From a bacterium (GTDB lineage: Bacteria; UBA8248), in the NCBI GenBank assembly GCA_965261085.1, contig OZ253442.1, forward strand, positions 1 through 64,000: DNA of 64,000 nucleotides, read 5' to 3'. Positions within the stretch are counted from its first letter, which is position 1; the number at the start of each line of letters is the position of its first letter. Positions 46,995 to 57,508 of the stretch are shown here, piece after piece. A program made the translations under genes and the position numbers. The notes under the pieces are model-generated. The model was not told the origin of the DNA, made no database searches, and saw only the letters and a list, made by a program, of their open reading frames with translations.

Positions 46995-49900
46995 CTATGC
47001 CTCTGCGGCGGGTGCGGTGTATTTCGTCTCGCGGAGACCCACGGCGCGCCTTAAGGAGCTCACAAAATTCTGGGCCGCGAGATAGATACAAGGCACCAGG
47101 AAAAGCGTGAACAGGGTGGAAAGCGAGAGCCCGCTCAAAACGACGAGTCCCAAGGGTTTCAACATCTCGGAGCCTTTGCCCCAGCCGCTCGCCAGGGGCG
47201 TCAGCGCAATGACGGTGGTGAGCGTGGTCATGAGAATGGGGCGCAGCCTCGTCGACGCGCCCTTGATGATGGCTTCTCTGATGTCCATGCCGCGTTCTCT
47301 CAAGCGTTCGACGTAGTCGATCATCACGATGGAGTTGTTCACCACGATGCCCACGAGGAGGATGACGCCGATGAGCACCGTCGAGCCGAAAGGAGTGCCG
47401 GTGAGATAAAGACCCACAAGCGCGCCCGTGAGTGCGGGCGGCACGGCGAAGATGATGACGAAAGGGTTCACGAGCGAGTCGTACTGAACGGCCAGCACCG
47501 TATAAACGAGGAAAAGCGCCAGCAAAGCCAGGATGAGCAGTTCGCGGTTTGATTTCTTCAGGTTCTCCTCATCCTCGCCGGGCAGGATGAAGTAGCCCCT
47601 CGGCACGTCGACTTCTTTTAAGCGCGCGCGCACGTCCGCTCCCACATCGCCCAGGGAGCGGCCCTGGATGTCGCCCGTTATCTGGATGATGCGGTTCTGA
47701 TCCGTGCGGACGATGACCGAACTGCCCTGCCCGTAGCGAATGCCCGCCACGTGATGGAGGCGCGTGGAGCGTCCGTCCCGGGGAAACAGGGGCAATTGCG
47801 CCAAATCCTGCTCGCTCGTGATCTCGGTGTCGGAGAACTTCACGCGCACGGGCACGCGCGTATCCACCCTGTTGATGAACGTGGCTATCGACCCATCGAC
47901 CGCCGTGGCCACGGTATCGCCCACGTCCTCGACCGAGAGGCCGAGTTCAGCCGCGCGCTCCCTGTTCACCTGAATACGGAACTCAGGCCTCGGCCTGTCC
48001 TCGTTCATCTGCACGTTGTGTAGCCCCGCCACACCCTGTAGCTTCTCCACGACCTCTTCGGCGATGCGGTTGAGGGTGGGCAAATCCTCGCCCCGGACAC
48101 CCAGGGAGAAACTCTTGTTGTGCCGCGTGTTGGAGGTGCGCAGGCCCCGCACACGGCTCTTGAAGGCGTAAATGCGCGCGTCGGGGTACGTCATGCGCGC
48201 GAGCCGGGGCCTGAGCTTCTTCAGGTAGCCGAACACGCTCACGTCTTCTTTGAGCGTCACGTCGATTCTCCCCCGGGAGGCGGAGGGCGAGAAATTCCTG
48301 CCGAAAAGACGCCCCCCCGCAGTGGCGAACACCTTGTCGACGGCGGGGTCGCGCACGAGCATGTCGTGAATCTCGCGCGTCACCTTTTTCGTGTAATCGA
48401 GGGTGCCGCCCGGGGAGAAGCGAATGTCCACCGAGATGCGCCCATCATCCACCTGGGGCAGGAGTTCGTTGCCCAGCTTGTCGACGAGCGTGTAGCTGCT
48501 CGCGCAGACGGCCAGGGCGACGATGATGACCACCCACCTGAGCTTGAGCACGGGCCGCAGGAGGTAGCGATACACCCGGTGAACCAGATCGACGAGCCAG
48601 CCGAAGAGGCGGAAGAGCGGAAAGCGGCTGAAACCGCTGCTCATCGGTATCTGCAGGAGCCGGGCGGAGAGCATGGCCACGACAGTGAGGCCGACCAGGA
48701 GGCTGCATATGAACGCCAGCGTGATGGTGAGTATCAACTCGCGGAACAGGAGCGCCACGTAGCCCGAGATGAGCAGAAACGGCATCACGGCGGCCACGTT
48801 CGTGAGCGTGGAGGCCACCATGGCGCTTTCCACCTCTGAGGAGCCGCTCTCCGCCGCCTCCACGGGGTCGCCTCCTTCCGCCTGATGGCGCGAGATGTTC
48901 TCGAGCATGACGATGGCGTTGTCCACGAGCATCCCGACGCCGAGCGCCACCCCTCCCAGGCTGAATATGTTGAAGGTGAAGCCCAGCATCCACATCAGGA
49001 AAAACGTGAAGACCGAAGCGACCGGGATCGCCAGGCCGATGATCAGCGTGCGCCTGAGACTCCCCAGGAAGCAAAGCACCACCAGTATCGCCAGCGCACC
49101 GCCCACCAGGGCGGAGGAGAGGACGCTCTTGATCGAGGCGCGGATGAAGAAACTCTGGTCTGAAATCGGAACGAGGTTGATGTCGGGCGGCACGATGCCG
49201 TAGCGCTTCAGGAAAGCGAGTCTATCCTTCAAGCCGTCCACGACGGAGACCGTGTTGGCGTCGGGCTGTTTCAGGGCCACCATCTTGACGCTCTCATCGC
49301 CGTTCAGCCACACGAAGATGCGCCGCTCCTTGCCGCCGTCCTGAATTTTTGCGAAATCACGCAAGTAAACCCGGCGGCCATCCTTGGTGGGGAAGATCAG
49401 GCGTGAAAGTTCGCCCGCGTTTTTGAGCTTGCCCGCCGTTCGGCTCGAATACTCGCGCTGGGCGGTCTTTATCCGTCCGGCGGCGAGGTCCATATTCTCG
49501 GCGCGCATCCTTCGCAAGACCGCCGGGAGGTCGAGTCCCAGACCCTGCATCCTCAGCAAATCGACGAGTACCTGCACCTCTTCGTCCTGGCCGCCGAACG
49601 CCTCCACCGAGGCGATGCCGGGGACGGTCATGAGCTGGGGGATGAGCACCTTGCGCGCCCAGGTCTGAAGCTGCGGGCCTTTCAGGGTTTTAGACGACAG
49701 GGCGTATTCGATGATGGGCACCTGCGCCGGGTCGGACTTGAATATCCGGGTGTTCTGAAGCTGGTCCTGTATCTCTTGGGGCAAGTTTCTTCTGGCGACG
49801 TTGAATTTGGTGATGGCGTCCTGAAGCGCCAGATCGATGTCGCGCTTGAAGTCGAAGAACATCCACAGGCGCGCTGCGCCCTCGCGGCTGATCGAGAAAA

Positions 49901-50135
49901 TGCGCACCACCCCCTGGGTGGTCGCGAGTTCGCGCTCCACCACCTTGGTGACCTGCTCCTCGACCACTTTGGGGTCGGCTCCCTCGAAATCTATGCCGAT
50001 GAATATCCGGGGATAGATGATTCTGGGCAGAAAATCGACCGGCAGCCGCGTGAGCGCGAAAAAGCCGAGCACCAGCGCGCACACCACGCCCATGATGGTT
50101 CCCACGGGCCTTCGGATGCAGCTTCGGCTCAGCAT
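46995..50135 (-). CDS. RND efflux permease (AcrB/AcrD/AcrF family)
   Basis: RPV, GMLVDNAIV, GIVVNNSI and RLRPILMT motifs; 1046 aa. Confidence 0.93.
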   Translation of the reverse strand: MLSRSCIRRPVGTIMGVVCALVLGFFALTRLPVDFLPRIIYPRIFIGIDFEGADPKVVEEQVTKVVERELATTQGVVRIFSISREGAARLWMFFDFKRDIDLALQDAITKFNVARRNLPQEIQDQLQNTRIFKSDPAQVPIIEYALSSKTLKGPQLQTWARKVLIPQLMTVPGIASVEAFGGQDEEVQVLVDLLRMQGLGLDLPAVLRRMRAENMDLAAGRIKTAQREYSSRTAGKLKNAGELSRLIFPTKDGRRVYLRDFAKIQDGGKERRIFVWLNGDESVKMVALKQPDANTVSVVDGLKDRLAFLKRYGIVPPDINLVPISDQSFFIRASIKSVLSSALVGGALAILVVLCFLGSLRRTLIIGLAIPVASVFTFFLMWMLGFTFNIFSLGGVALGVGMLVDNAIVMLENISRHQAEGGDPVEAAESGSSEVESAMVASTLTNVAAVMPFLLISGYVALLFRELILTITLAFICSLLVGLTVVAMLSARLLQIPMSSGFSRFPLFRLFGWLVDLVHRVYRYLLRPVLKLRWVVIIVALAVCASSYTLVDKLGNELLPQVDDGRISVDIRFSPGGTLDYTKKVTREIHDMLVRDPAVDKVFATAGGRLFGRNFSPSASRGRIDVTLKEDVSVFGYLKKLRPRLARMTYPDARIYAFKSRVRGLRTSNTRHNKSFSLGVRGEDLPTLNRIAEEVVEKLQGVAGLHNVQMNEDRPRPEFRIQVNRERAAELGLSVEDVGDTVATAVDGSIATFINRVDTRVPVRVKFSDTEITSEQDLAQLPLFPRDGRSTRLHHVAGIRYGQGSSVIVRTDQNRIIQITGDIQGRSLGDVGADVRARLKEVDVPRGYFILPGEDEENLKKSNRELLILALLALFLVYTVLAVQYDSLVNPFVIIFAVPPALTGALVGLYLTGTPFGSTVLIGVILLVGIVVNNSIVMIDYVERLRERGMDIREAIIKGASTRLRPILMTTLTTVIALTPLASGWGKGSEMLKPLGLVVLSGLSLSTLFTLFLVPCIYLAAQNFVSSLRRAVGLRETKYTAPAAEA

Positions 50136-50148
50136 AATGGCGCTCCTC

Positions 50149-51702
50149 TCAAGGCTCTACGAGCCGGATGGGCCGCTTGTCCCGCAACTGGGTGGTGGCG
50201 CTCACCACCACCCGCTCGCCCACCTTCAAGCCCTCGAGAATCTCGATTCGCCCATCCACCATCTCGCCCAACCGCACCTCGCGGCGCACCGCCATGAAGC
50301 GCGGGCCGCGTCCCCCCGGGGGGCCTCGCCTCGTCCCTCCTGCGCGCGCGTTCGCTTCGGCCACGCCCCCGCGCGCTGCGCCTCTAGCGCCGGGAGCACC
50401 TCGTCCGCCGCCGCTTCTACCAGCTCCTCTTTGCAACCTTTCCACGACGAAGACGGCGCCCGCCTTCGTGCGCAAATCCCCGTCCCAGATAACGGCGTGA
50501 ACCGGCAGGTTGATCGCGCTCCTCCCCAGCAAGGGGTCAAACCTCACGCGGGCCAGAAGGCCGGGCCTTAAGTAAGAATCGGGGTTTTGAACATCCACCT
50601 CCACGATGAGCTGGCGCGAACTCGGGTCGACGCTCGGAAAAATCCGGGTCAGCTTTCCCGAATACGCGCGGCCCCGGTAGGCGTCGAACTCGACTCGCGC
50701 ACCCTGGCCTTTCTTGATGAGAGGCAAATCCAGCTCGCTCACCCGCACGCGGGCGCGCAGCGTGTCCGTCTGGGCGATGGTGAACAGATGCGCCCTGTTC
50801 ACCGCCAGGTCGCCGGGCTCGATTTTTCTCTCGGTGACGACGCCTGGAATCGGCGAGCGAACGGTGAAGTATTCAAGCTCGACCTTTAGCCGCCTCACCC
50901 GCTGCATACGCTGGCTCACCTGCGCCTGCGCCATGTCGACTTCTTCCACGCGCGCGCCAATTTTCACCAGCTTGAGCTTTTCTTTTGCAACCTGCACACG
51001 GGCGGCGTCCTCGGCAACGCGCGCCCTGCGCTCGGCCACGTCCGCGCTGGCGCGATTCGCCTCCGTCGACACTTTACGCCACTCCCGTGCGCTGATGACG
51101 CCTTTTTTGTGCAAGGCGTCCAAGGAGCGCGCGTTGGCTTCCGCCTCCTCGCGTCGGGCGAGGGCGGAGCTGATTTCCGCCTCGCTGCGCTTGCGCGTCG
51201 CCTCCGCCTGTGCGACGACGGCCGCTGCCGCCGCGATTTCCTCGGGCCGGCTTCCGGCTTTGAGTCTTTGGAGATTCGCCCGCGCTGCGTCGAGTTCGCT
51301 CTCCGCCAGCTTCAAGTCTATCCGTTTGATGGTGGAATCAAGACGCGAGAGGATTTGCCCCTTCTTTACCTGCGAGCCCTCGCGCACCAGAACCTCGCGC
51401 ACCTGCCCTTCGGCGCGCGACATGAGCTTCACCTCGCTTCTGGCCAGAAGGGTGCCAGTGGCCGCCACGCGCCTGCCCAGACGGCCAGTCGAGACTTTCT
51501 GCGCCTGAACCGAGACGATGCGGTTTCGCCTTCCCCTCGGGCGGCCCGCGGAGGCGTAGGTGAACTCGCCCGCTACGATGAGCACCATGATGAGCACAGC
51601 GGCTGATCTTGCAGACATCTTCTCGTGGCTCCCGAAAGAGAAACACGGCGACGAACCATTCACGCGACGGATGTTAAAAAGCGACGCAAACGATCTTATC
51701 AC
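50149..51702 (-). CDS. RND membrane fusion protein (start uncertain)
   Basis: Lipoyl/coiled-coil pattern; RSPIPGVV, LRPG and GLKVGERVV motifs; Gly/Arg-rich insert. Confidence 0.85.
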   Translation of the reverse strand: MIRSFASLFNIRRVNGSSPCFSFGSHEKMSARSAAVLIMVLIVAGEFTYASAGRPRGRRNRIVSVQAQKVSTGRLGRRVAATGTLLARSEVKLMSRAEGQVREVLVREGSQVKKGQILSRLDSTIKRIDLKLAESELDAARANLQRLKAGSRPEEIAAAAAVVAQAEATRKRSEAEISSALARREEAEANARSLDALHKKGVISAREWRKVSTEANRASADVAERRARVAEDAARVQVAKEKLKLVKIGARVEEVDMAQAQVSQRMQRVRRLKVELEYFTVRSPIPGVVTERKIEPGDLAVNRAHLFTIAQTDTLRARVRVSELDLPLIKKGQGARVEFDAYRGRAYSGKLTRIFPSVDPSSRQLIVEVDVQNPDSYLRPGLLARVRFDPLLGRSAINLPVHAVIWDGDLRTKAGAVFVVERLQRGAGRSGGGRGAPGARGAARGGVAEANARAGGTRRGPPGGRGPRFMAVRREVRLGEMVDGRIEILEGLKVGERVVVSATTQLRDKRPIRLVEP

Positions 51703-51796
51703 AAACCAGGGGTTATCTCTTTTGGACGCAGACAGGTTCCTGGGGGAGTGTCATGGGGAATGGGCGAGCAGCCGGCACCCAAAGGGCGATGGCGCC

Positions 51797-52666
51797 TTAG
51801 CCCAGCGTGCGGAGCCACTCGGCGATTGCCCGGCCAATCTCATCCGGAGAATCCTCCTGGATGAAGTGAATCCCCGGCACGCTCACTTCGGTCTGGCTCG
51901 GCCAGGTGCGGCAGAATTCGCGCTGCTCGCCTATCAGGATGGCGCCCGGCTCGGCGTTCACGAACAGCTTGGGAACGGGCGACTCGCGAAGCCACGCGGC
52001 GTAGTCAGCGACGATTCCGGCCACGTCGGCAGGCTCGCCCTCGATGGGAATCTCGCGCGGCCACGTGAGGGTCGGGCGGCGGCCTTCTCCGGGTTCTGCG
52101 AAGGGACGGCGGTATTCGGCCATCTCCTCCTCGGTAAGCTCCCGCTGTATCGAGCCCGGCAGCACGCGCTCGACGAACACGTTGTTATCCAAAACCATGG
52201 ACTCGCCGCTTTCCGAGCGGAACCCCTGAAAGACCCGCTGCGCCGCATCTGGCCACTGCGCCCAGGTGAGCGGCTGCACGATGGCCTCCATGTAGGCCAG
52301 CCCCTTCACGGCGCCCCGGTGCCGGTTGGCCCAGTCGAAGCCCAAGGCCGAGCCCCAGTCGTGCATGATGAAGGTGACGCGCTCGCCGACGCCCAAAGCC
52401 TCTAAAAGCGCGTCGAGATGCCGCCGATGCTCCACAAAGCGGTAGCGGCCCGGGCCGCTGTCGTCCAGTTTGTCCGAATCGCCCATGCCGATCAGGTCGG
52501 GCGCAATGCAACGGCCAAGCGGAGCGAGGTGGGGGATGACGCCGCGCCACAGGTAGGAGGAAGTCGGGTTTCCGTGCAGCAATATTATGGGGTCACCATC
52601 GCCGGTCTCGACATAGGACATCGTGCGGCCGAGCACCTGCGTGCGTTTCTTTTCAATCCACGGCAC
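51797..52666 (-). CDS. dhaA: Haloalkane dehalogenase (DhaA/LinB type)
   Basis: HGNPTSSYLWR, HDWGSALG nucleophile, E acid (YMEA) and HFIQED base. Confidence 0.93.
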   Translation of the reverse strand: MPWIEKKRTQVLGRTMSYVETGDGDPIILLHGNPTSSYLWRGVIPHLAPLGRCIAPDLIGMGDSDKLDDSGPGRYRFVEHRRHLDALLEALGVGERVTFIMHDWGSALGFDWANRHRGAVKGLAYMEAIVQPLTWAQWPDAAQRVFQGFRSESGESMVLDNNVFVERVLPGSIQRELTEEEMAEYRRPFAEPGEGRRPTLTWPREIPIEGEPADVAGIVADYAAWLRESPVPKLFVNAEPGAILIGEQREFCRTWPSQTEVSVPGIHFIQEDSPDEIGRAIAEWLRTLG

Positions 52667-52778
52667 TGCGGATCTCCTTTTGGGGCTTGGCGTTCAGGCT
52701 CTTCAACGACGCCCGCGCACCACGGAAGCGTCCGATTTGTCATCAGAGTGATGGAATCTCGAGCGATGGAGGATAAAT

Positions 52779-53762
52779 CTAGCCGCCGATGGAACTCATC
52801 GTGCGCTCAGGCTGGATGAACTCTTCCTGTCCGATGAGGTGGCCCGGCGTCTTGGTGAGAACCACCTCGCCGAGCCAGGCCTTTATCTCATCATCCGAAG
52901 CGCCGCCCCGCAGCATCTTCTTGACGTCGTGCTCGACCGTGGAGAAAAGGCAGGTCCTCACCATGCCGTCCGCCGTCAAGCGGATGCGGTTGCAATCCTG
53001 ACAGAAAGGCCGCGTGACCGAGGCGATGACGCCCACCTCGCCCTTGCCGTCCTTGTAGCGGTAGCGCGTCGCGGGGTCGGAAGGGTGTCCGCTCACCAGT
53101 TCGAGTTCTCCCTCGATGGAGAGGCCCTCCAATATTTCCTCGGCCGTCAGCACCTTCTCTTTCGTCCAGGTGCGGTCCGCATCGAGCGGCATGTATTCGA
53201 TGAAGCGAACGACGTGGCCCGTTTCGCGCGACCACCTGGCGAAGCGCGGCAATTCCTCCTCGCTCAAGCCCTTGACCGCCACCGCGTTGATCTTGATCGG
53301 CGAGAATCCCGCCTCCGCAGCGGCCTCTATGCCTTCCATCACCTGGCCGAAAACGTCGCGGCGCGTCATGAACAGGAATTTGCCCGCGTCCATGGAATCG
53401 AGGCTGATGTTCACGCGCCGAAGCCCCGCCGCGTACAGATCCTTCGCCATCTTGGGGAGAAAAACGCCGTTGGTCGTAAGAGCCAGGTCCATATCGGGCT
53501 GAATTTCCATCATCTGCTCGACCAGGCGGTGTAAGTCCTTTCGCAGGAGCGGCTCGCCGCCGGTCAAGTGATAGCTCGTGAAGCCCAAATCGGTGGTGAT
53601 GCGCACCACGCGGGCGATTTCCTCATAATCGAGAACCTCCGCGTGGGGCAGCCACGTCATGCCCTCTTCCGGCATGCAGTAGAAACACCGGAAGTTGCAC
53701 CTGTCCGTCACCGAGATTCTCAAATCATCGTGCGCGCGTCCGTAGCGATCGAATAACGCCAT
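52779..53762 (-). CDS. moaA: GTP 3',8-cyclase MoaA
   Basis: CNFRCFYC, TGGEP, FC..CNRIR, CLF and C-terminal IGG motifs. Confidence 0.96.
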   Translation of the reverse strand: MALFDRYGRAHDDLRISVTDRCNFRCFYCMPEEGMTWLPHAEVLDYEEIARVVRITTDLGFTSYHLTGGEPLLRKDLHRLVEQMMEIQPDMDLALTTNGVFLPKMAKDLYAAGLRRVNISLDSMDAGKFLFMTRRDVFGQVMEGIEAAAEAGFSPIKINAVAVKGLSEEELPRFARWSRETGHVVRFIEYMPLDADRTWTKEKVLTAEEILEGLSIEGELELVSGHPSDPATRYRYKDGKGEVGVIASVTRPFCQDCNRIRLTADGMVRTCLFSTVEHDVKKMLRGGASDDEIKAWLGEVVLTKTPGHLIGQEEFIQPERTMSSIGG

Positions 53763-53773
53763 TTCCTCTAGCC

Positions 53774-55729
53774 TTATCTTGAAGGTGGAGCCATCACCTG
53801 GCCGGTCAACTCCGTATTATACCCCCCTAATGCCTCCACGGCATCCTTAAAAGCCGCATCGCGCAAAATATCCATCACCTTTTGTATCGCGGGCGTCTCC
53901 CAATGCTCCCCGGGCACGATGAAATCGAAGCGCTCCCGCTCCAGTGGGATGAAATCGAGGTTCAGCATCCTGGCAGCCGCGAAAATCCCCAAACCGCAAT
54001 CCGCGCGCCCCGCCACCACCGCCATGGCCACCGCCATGTGCGTGGTCTCCACCCGCTCATAGCCCCGAACGTCCTCGGGCGAGAGGCCGGCGCGCTCCAT
54101 CAAATGATCGAGCAGCACCCGCGTGCCCGCCCCGCTCTGGCGGTTCACGATGGCGACATCCTCGCGGTTCAGGTCGGCTACCCCAGTGATTCCCTTGGGA
54201 TTGCCCCTGGGAACCAGGATGCCCTGTTCGCGCTGGACGAAATTCACCACCACGACCGCGCGGCCCCTGAGATAGCGTTGAATATAATACCAGTTGTACT
54301 CCCCGGTCTCGGGGTCCAGCAGGTGGCTGCCCGCGATGTGCGCCTCGCCGTCGCGCACGGCGATGAGGCCCGCCAGCGAACCCACCGCCGAGGCGGAAAG
54401 ACGCGTGTCGTTGTGTCGTGTTCTCAACGCATCCGCCAGCAGATCGAGCGCGTTGTCGTGGCTGCCCGCCATGAGCAGGTTCCCCCGGATATCGGCCATG
54501 GGCCTCAACAGCTCGACCGTGACTTCTTCGCCCGTCTCGATTCCCTCCGAGTGGGCGGGCACGCGCACCACGCCGTCGGCCTCTACGAGCGAACTGATGA
54601 CGCTGGCCCCGCGCTTGGCGGGCAGGCAGACCATCCGCTCGCCCACCCGGCCGAGCTTCACGCGCAGAAATTCCTCCATCCCGAGCCGAGAGGCGCTCTT
54701 TCGGCTCATGAAGGCTTGTATGCGTTCTTCTTCCCCTGGGGCCGCGCCCGCCATGTGGGCCATCAGAGGACGCACGAACTCCTGAAGCGCGAGCACCGCC
54801 GAGACCGGATAGCCCGGAATCCCCAGCACGGGTTTCCTCTCGCCCGATTTCGACTTGCAAACGCCCAGTATGGTGGGCTTGCCGGGGAAGATGGCCACGC
54901 CGTGCACCAGAAGCTTACCCAGTTTTTCCACCACGGCGGCGGTGTAATCCTCCCGCCCGGCGGATGAGCCCGCGTTCACCAAAACGACGTCCGCGCTTTC
55001 GAGCGCGCCTCGAACCGCAGCCTCGATGGCCGAAAACCTATCCTCCAAAATCGGGCCGGGGAGCGCCTCTCCCCCCCACTCGGTGATGAAGGCGGACATG
55101 ACGCTCGAGTTGAACTCCACCAGATCGCCCGGCTTCAAATCGGCCCCGGCTTCCACGAGTTCGTCTCCGGTGGGGATGATGGCGATTCTCGGCCGGCGGC
55201 GCACGCTCACCCGCGTGATGCCCGCCGCCAGAAGCGCGCCCAGATCGTAGGGCCTTAAAGTATGTCCCGCCGTGAGGATGAGCTGGCCCTCGACGATGTC
55301 CTCTCCCGCCACGCGCACGTTCTGCCAGGGCGAGAGGGCCGCCTCGATACGAACCGCGCCGGGAGTCGCCTCGTGCACGTGCTCGATCATGACGACGCAA
55401 TCCGCCCCATCGGGCAGCGGGTCGCCCGTGTCGAGGGGGTGGGCCTCCTCGTCCAAGAGAAACTCTTTGGGACTCACGGGCGTGGCGCCCGAAGTCTCCA
55501 CCGAGGCGAGGGCGTAGCCGTCCATGGCGGCGGCGTGAAAGTGCGGGCTGGAAATCCGCGCGTAGGCCGCGCGCGCCGTCACGCGCCCCAAAGCCTCGGA
55601 AGTCGGAACTTCCTCCCCCTCGAGGCGGAACTCACCCACTTTCTCCAGAAGACGCGAGAGCGCCTCTTCGCGCGGGATGTTTTCCAAATAAATTTTCCGG
55701 CCGCCCTGGGCCAGTGATGAATCGTTCAT
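53774..55729 (-). CDS. Molybdopterin molybdotransferase MoeA fused to a PBP/LysR-type substrate-binding domain
   Basis: AAMDGYA, PTGDE, PGKP and PGYP motifs, then GSHD, REQG, NRQ.GAGTR and THMAVA. Confidence 0.92.
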   Translation of the reverse strand: MNDSSLAQGGRKIYLENIPREEALSRLLEKVGEFRLEGEEVPTSEALGRVTARAAYARISSPHFHAAAMDGYALASVETSGATPVSPKEFLLDEEAHPLDTGDPLPDGADCVVMIEHVHEATPGAVRIEAALSPWQNVRVAGEDIVEGQLILTAGHTLRPYDLGALLAAGITRVSVRRRPRIAIIPTGDELVEAGADLKPGDLVEFNSSVMSAFITEWGGEALPGPILEDRFSAIEAAVRGALESADVVLVNAGSSAGREDYTAAVVEKLGKLLVHGVAIFPGKPTILGVCKSKSGERKPVLGIPGYPVSAVLALQEFVRPLMAHMAGAAPGEEERIQAFMSRKSASRLGMEEFLRVKLGRVGERMVCLPAKRGASVISSLVEADGVVRVPAHSEGIETGEEVTVELLRPMADIRGNLLMAGSHDNALDLLADALRTRHNDTRLSASAVGSLAGLIAVRDGEAHIAGSHLLDPETGEYNWYYIQRYLRGRAVVVVNFVQREQGILVPRGNPKGITGVADLNREDVAIVNRQSGAGTRVLLDHLMERAGLSPEDVRGYERVETTHMAVAMAVVAGRADCGLGIFAAARMLNLDFIPLERERFDFIVPGEHWETPAIQKVMDILRDAAFKDAVEALGGYNTELTGQVMAPPSR

Positions 55730-55773
55730 TCGCTTACACCTGATACGATGAGAAAATCCCGTTCAAACTGCGC

Positions 55774-57015
55774 TCAATAAAGATGCACGCGCACTTGCGC
55801 GCCCTCGCGCAGCCCTTCCGCTTCGAGCGGAATCGTGATGTAGCCGTCCGCTTTCGTCATGGTCGATATCATCGCGGAATTGCCCATCAGGGGATGGGCC
55901 ACGCGCCCGCCCTCGCCGATTGAAAGCGTGACACGAACCAGGTCCTCGCGTCCGGGAGCCGAGGCCACGTTCCTTGAAAGGGTGGCCGCAAGACCATCGG
56001 AACTTAAGTCTTCGCGTACGACCTCGCCGCTCAACTGCCGGATGACGGGCCGGACGAAGGCGTGAAAAATCATGAGGGCTGAGACCGGATGCCCCGGAAT
56101 GCCGATGACGGCCTTGTCTTCTCCGCCTCGAACGACGCGCCCGATGATGGTCGGCTTGCCGGGCTTGATGGATATGCCGTGCACCAGAACGCCCGGCTCT
56201 CCCAGGGAGTCGATGGCCTCCACCGTGTAATCGCGAAGGCCCATGGAGCTTCCGCCCGAGATGAGCACCACGTCCGCACGGCTTACTGCTTGCTCCAAAC
56301 GCTCTTTGATGATGCCGAGATCATCGGGGAGGATGTCTTCGGTCTCGGGCTCGCCCCCCGCCTCAACCACCCCCGCCGCGAGAGAGAAGCGGTTGATGTC
56401 GCGCACCTGGCCCGCGCGGGGCGTCTCGCGCGGGTCGATGAGTTCATCGCCCGTAGGCAGTATCGCCACCCGTGGGCGGCGGTGGACTTCCACCGAGGTG
56501 ACCCCCACGCCCGCAAGCGCGCCGATATCCTGACTCCTGAGGCGCACGCACGCTCCCAGGAGCAACTCGTCTTTTTTGAGATCATCGCCTACGCCAAGGA
56601 CGTTCTCACCCACGGCGGCGGGACGCCTGACCTCGAGCGTCTCCGCGTCGGGAGCGGTGGTGAACTCCTCCATCACCACCGCGTCGGCACCCTCTGGAAC
56701 CATGCCGCCCGTCAGGATGCGCGCCGCCTCGCCCCGGCCCACGGAGAATTCCGGCGCCGCCCCCATCGGCACCTGGCCGACGATATCGAGATAGGCGGGT
56801 ATGGACTCGCTCGCGCCGAAAGAATCCGCCGCCTTAAGCGCGTAGCCGTCCATCGTGGCGCGCGGGAAATCGGGCAGGTCGACGGGGGAGTGGACGTCTT
56901 CGGCCAGGACGCGGCCCACTGCATCGAAAGAGGAAACACTCTCCGCCCCCAGCGCGCGGAAACCCTCGAGCGCCTCTTTTGCTTCTTCTGGCGAAACGAC
57001 CTTGAAGAATTCCAC
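55774..57015 (-). CDS. moeA: Molybdopterin molybdotransferase MoeA
   Basis: MDGYA, TGG, TGDE, SGGSS, KPGKP and PGHP motifs. Confidence 0.94.
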   Translation of the reverse strand: MEFFKVVSPEEAKEALEGFRALGAESVSSFDAVGRVLAEDVHSPVDLPDFPRATMDGYALKAADSFGASESIPAYLDIVGQVPMGAAPEFSVGRGEAARILTGGMVPEGADAVVMEEFTTAPDAETLEVRRPAAVGENVLGVGDDLKKDELLLGACVRLRSQDIGALAGVGVTSVEVHRRPRVAILPTGDELIDPRETPRAGQVRDINRFSLAAGVVEAGGEPETEDILPDDLGIIKERLEQAVSRADVVLISGGSSMGLRDYTVEAIDSLGEPGVLVHGISIKPGKPTIIGRVVRGGEDKAVIGIPGHPVSALMIFHAFVRPVIRQLSGEVVREDLSSDGLAATLSRNVASAPGREDLVRVTLSIGEGGRVAHPLMGNSAMISTMTKADGYITIPLEAEGLREGAQVRVHLY

Positions 57016-57282
57016 CCGGTCTCTCCGTCTTCAAAATGAAAAACCAACCGCTGCGCGCGCAGGGCTGGTCGCAAAATCCGGTGGACATTCACGGGCGTTC
57101 GCCCGGCGTCCCCCTATCAGGCAAAAGACCGCGCTGCGCCCTACGAGGCTATCCCCGGCCCATCTCCCGCAACTCCCGGTAGGCGCGGCTGCGTCATCGC
57201 CCTCTATGAGAAACAACCCGCCGCGGCGAGGAGTACCAAGCCCAGGAATCCACGCGCGGTGGACTCAGAGCGAACCGGCTAT

Positions 57283-57483
57283 TCAGCCCTTATCGCCCTC
57301 TCCGGCGGCGGACGCCTCTTTCTTATCGGGCAATTCCGGGTCGTCGCTTATCCCCTTCTTGAAGCTCTTGATTCCGCGAGCGAGGCCCGAACCGATCTCG
57401 GGCAGGCGCTTCGCGCCGAAGACCAGCACGCATATCGCAAGAATGACCAGCAACTCGGGAATGCCCATATTCATCGGGAACAT
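57283..57483 (-). CDS. tatA: Twin-arginine translocase subunit TatA/E
   Basis: GIPELLVIL...FGAKRLPEIG..L..GIKSFKKG; AAGGAG RBS. Confidence 0.93.
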   Translation of the reverse strand: MFPMNMGIPELLVILAICVLVFGAKRLPEIGSGLARGIKSFKKGISDDPELPDKKEASAAGEGDKG

Positions 57484-57508
57484 CGGCAAAACTCCTTTGG
57501 ATGAATGA

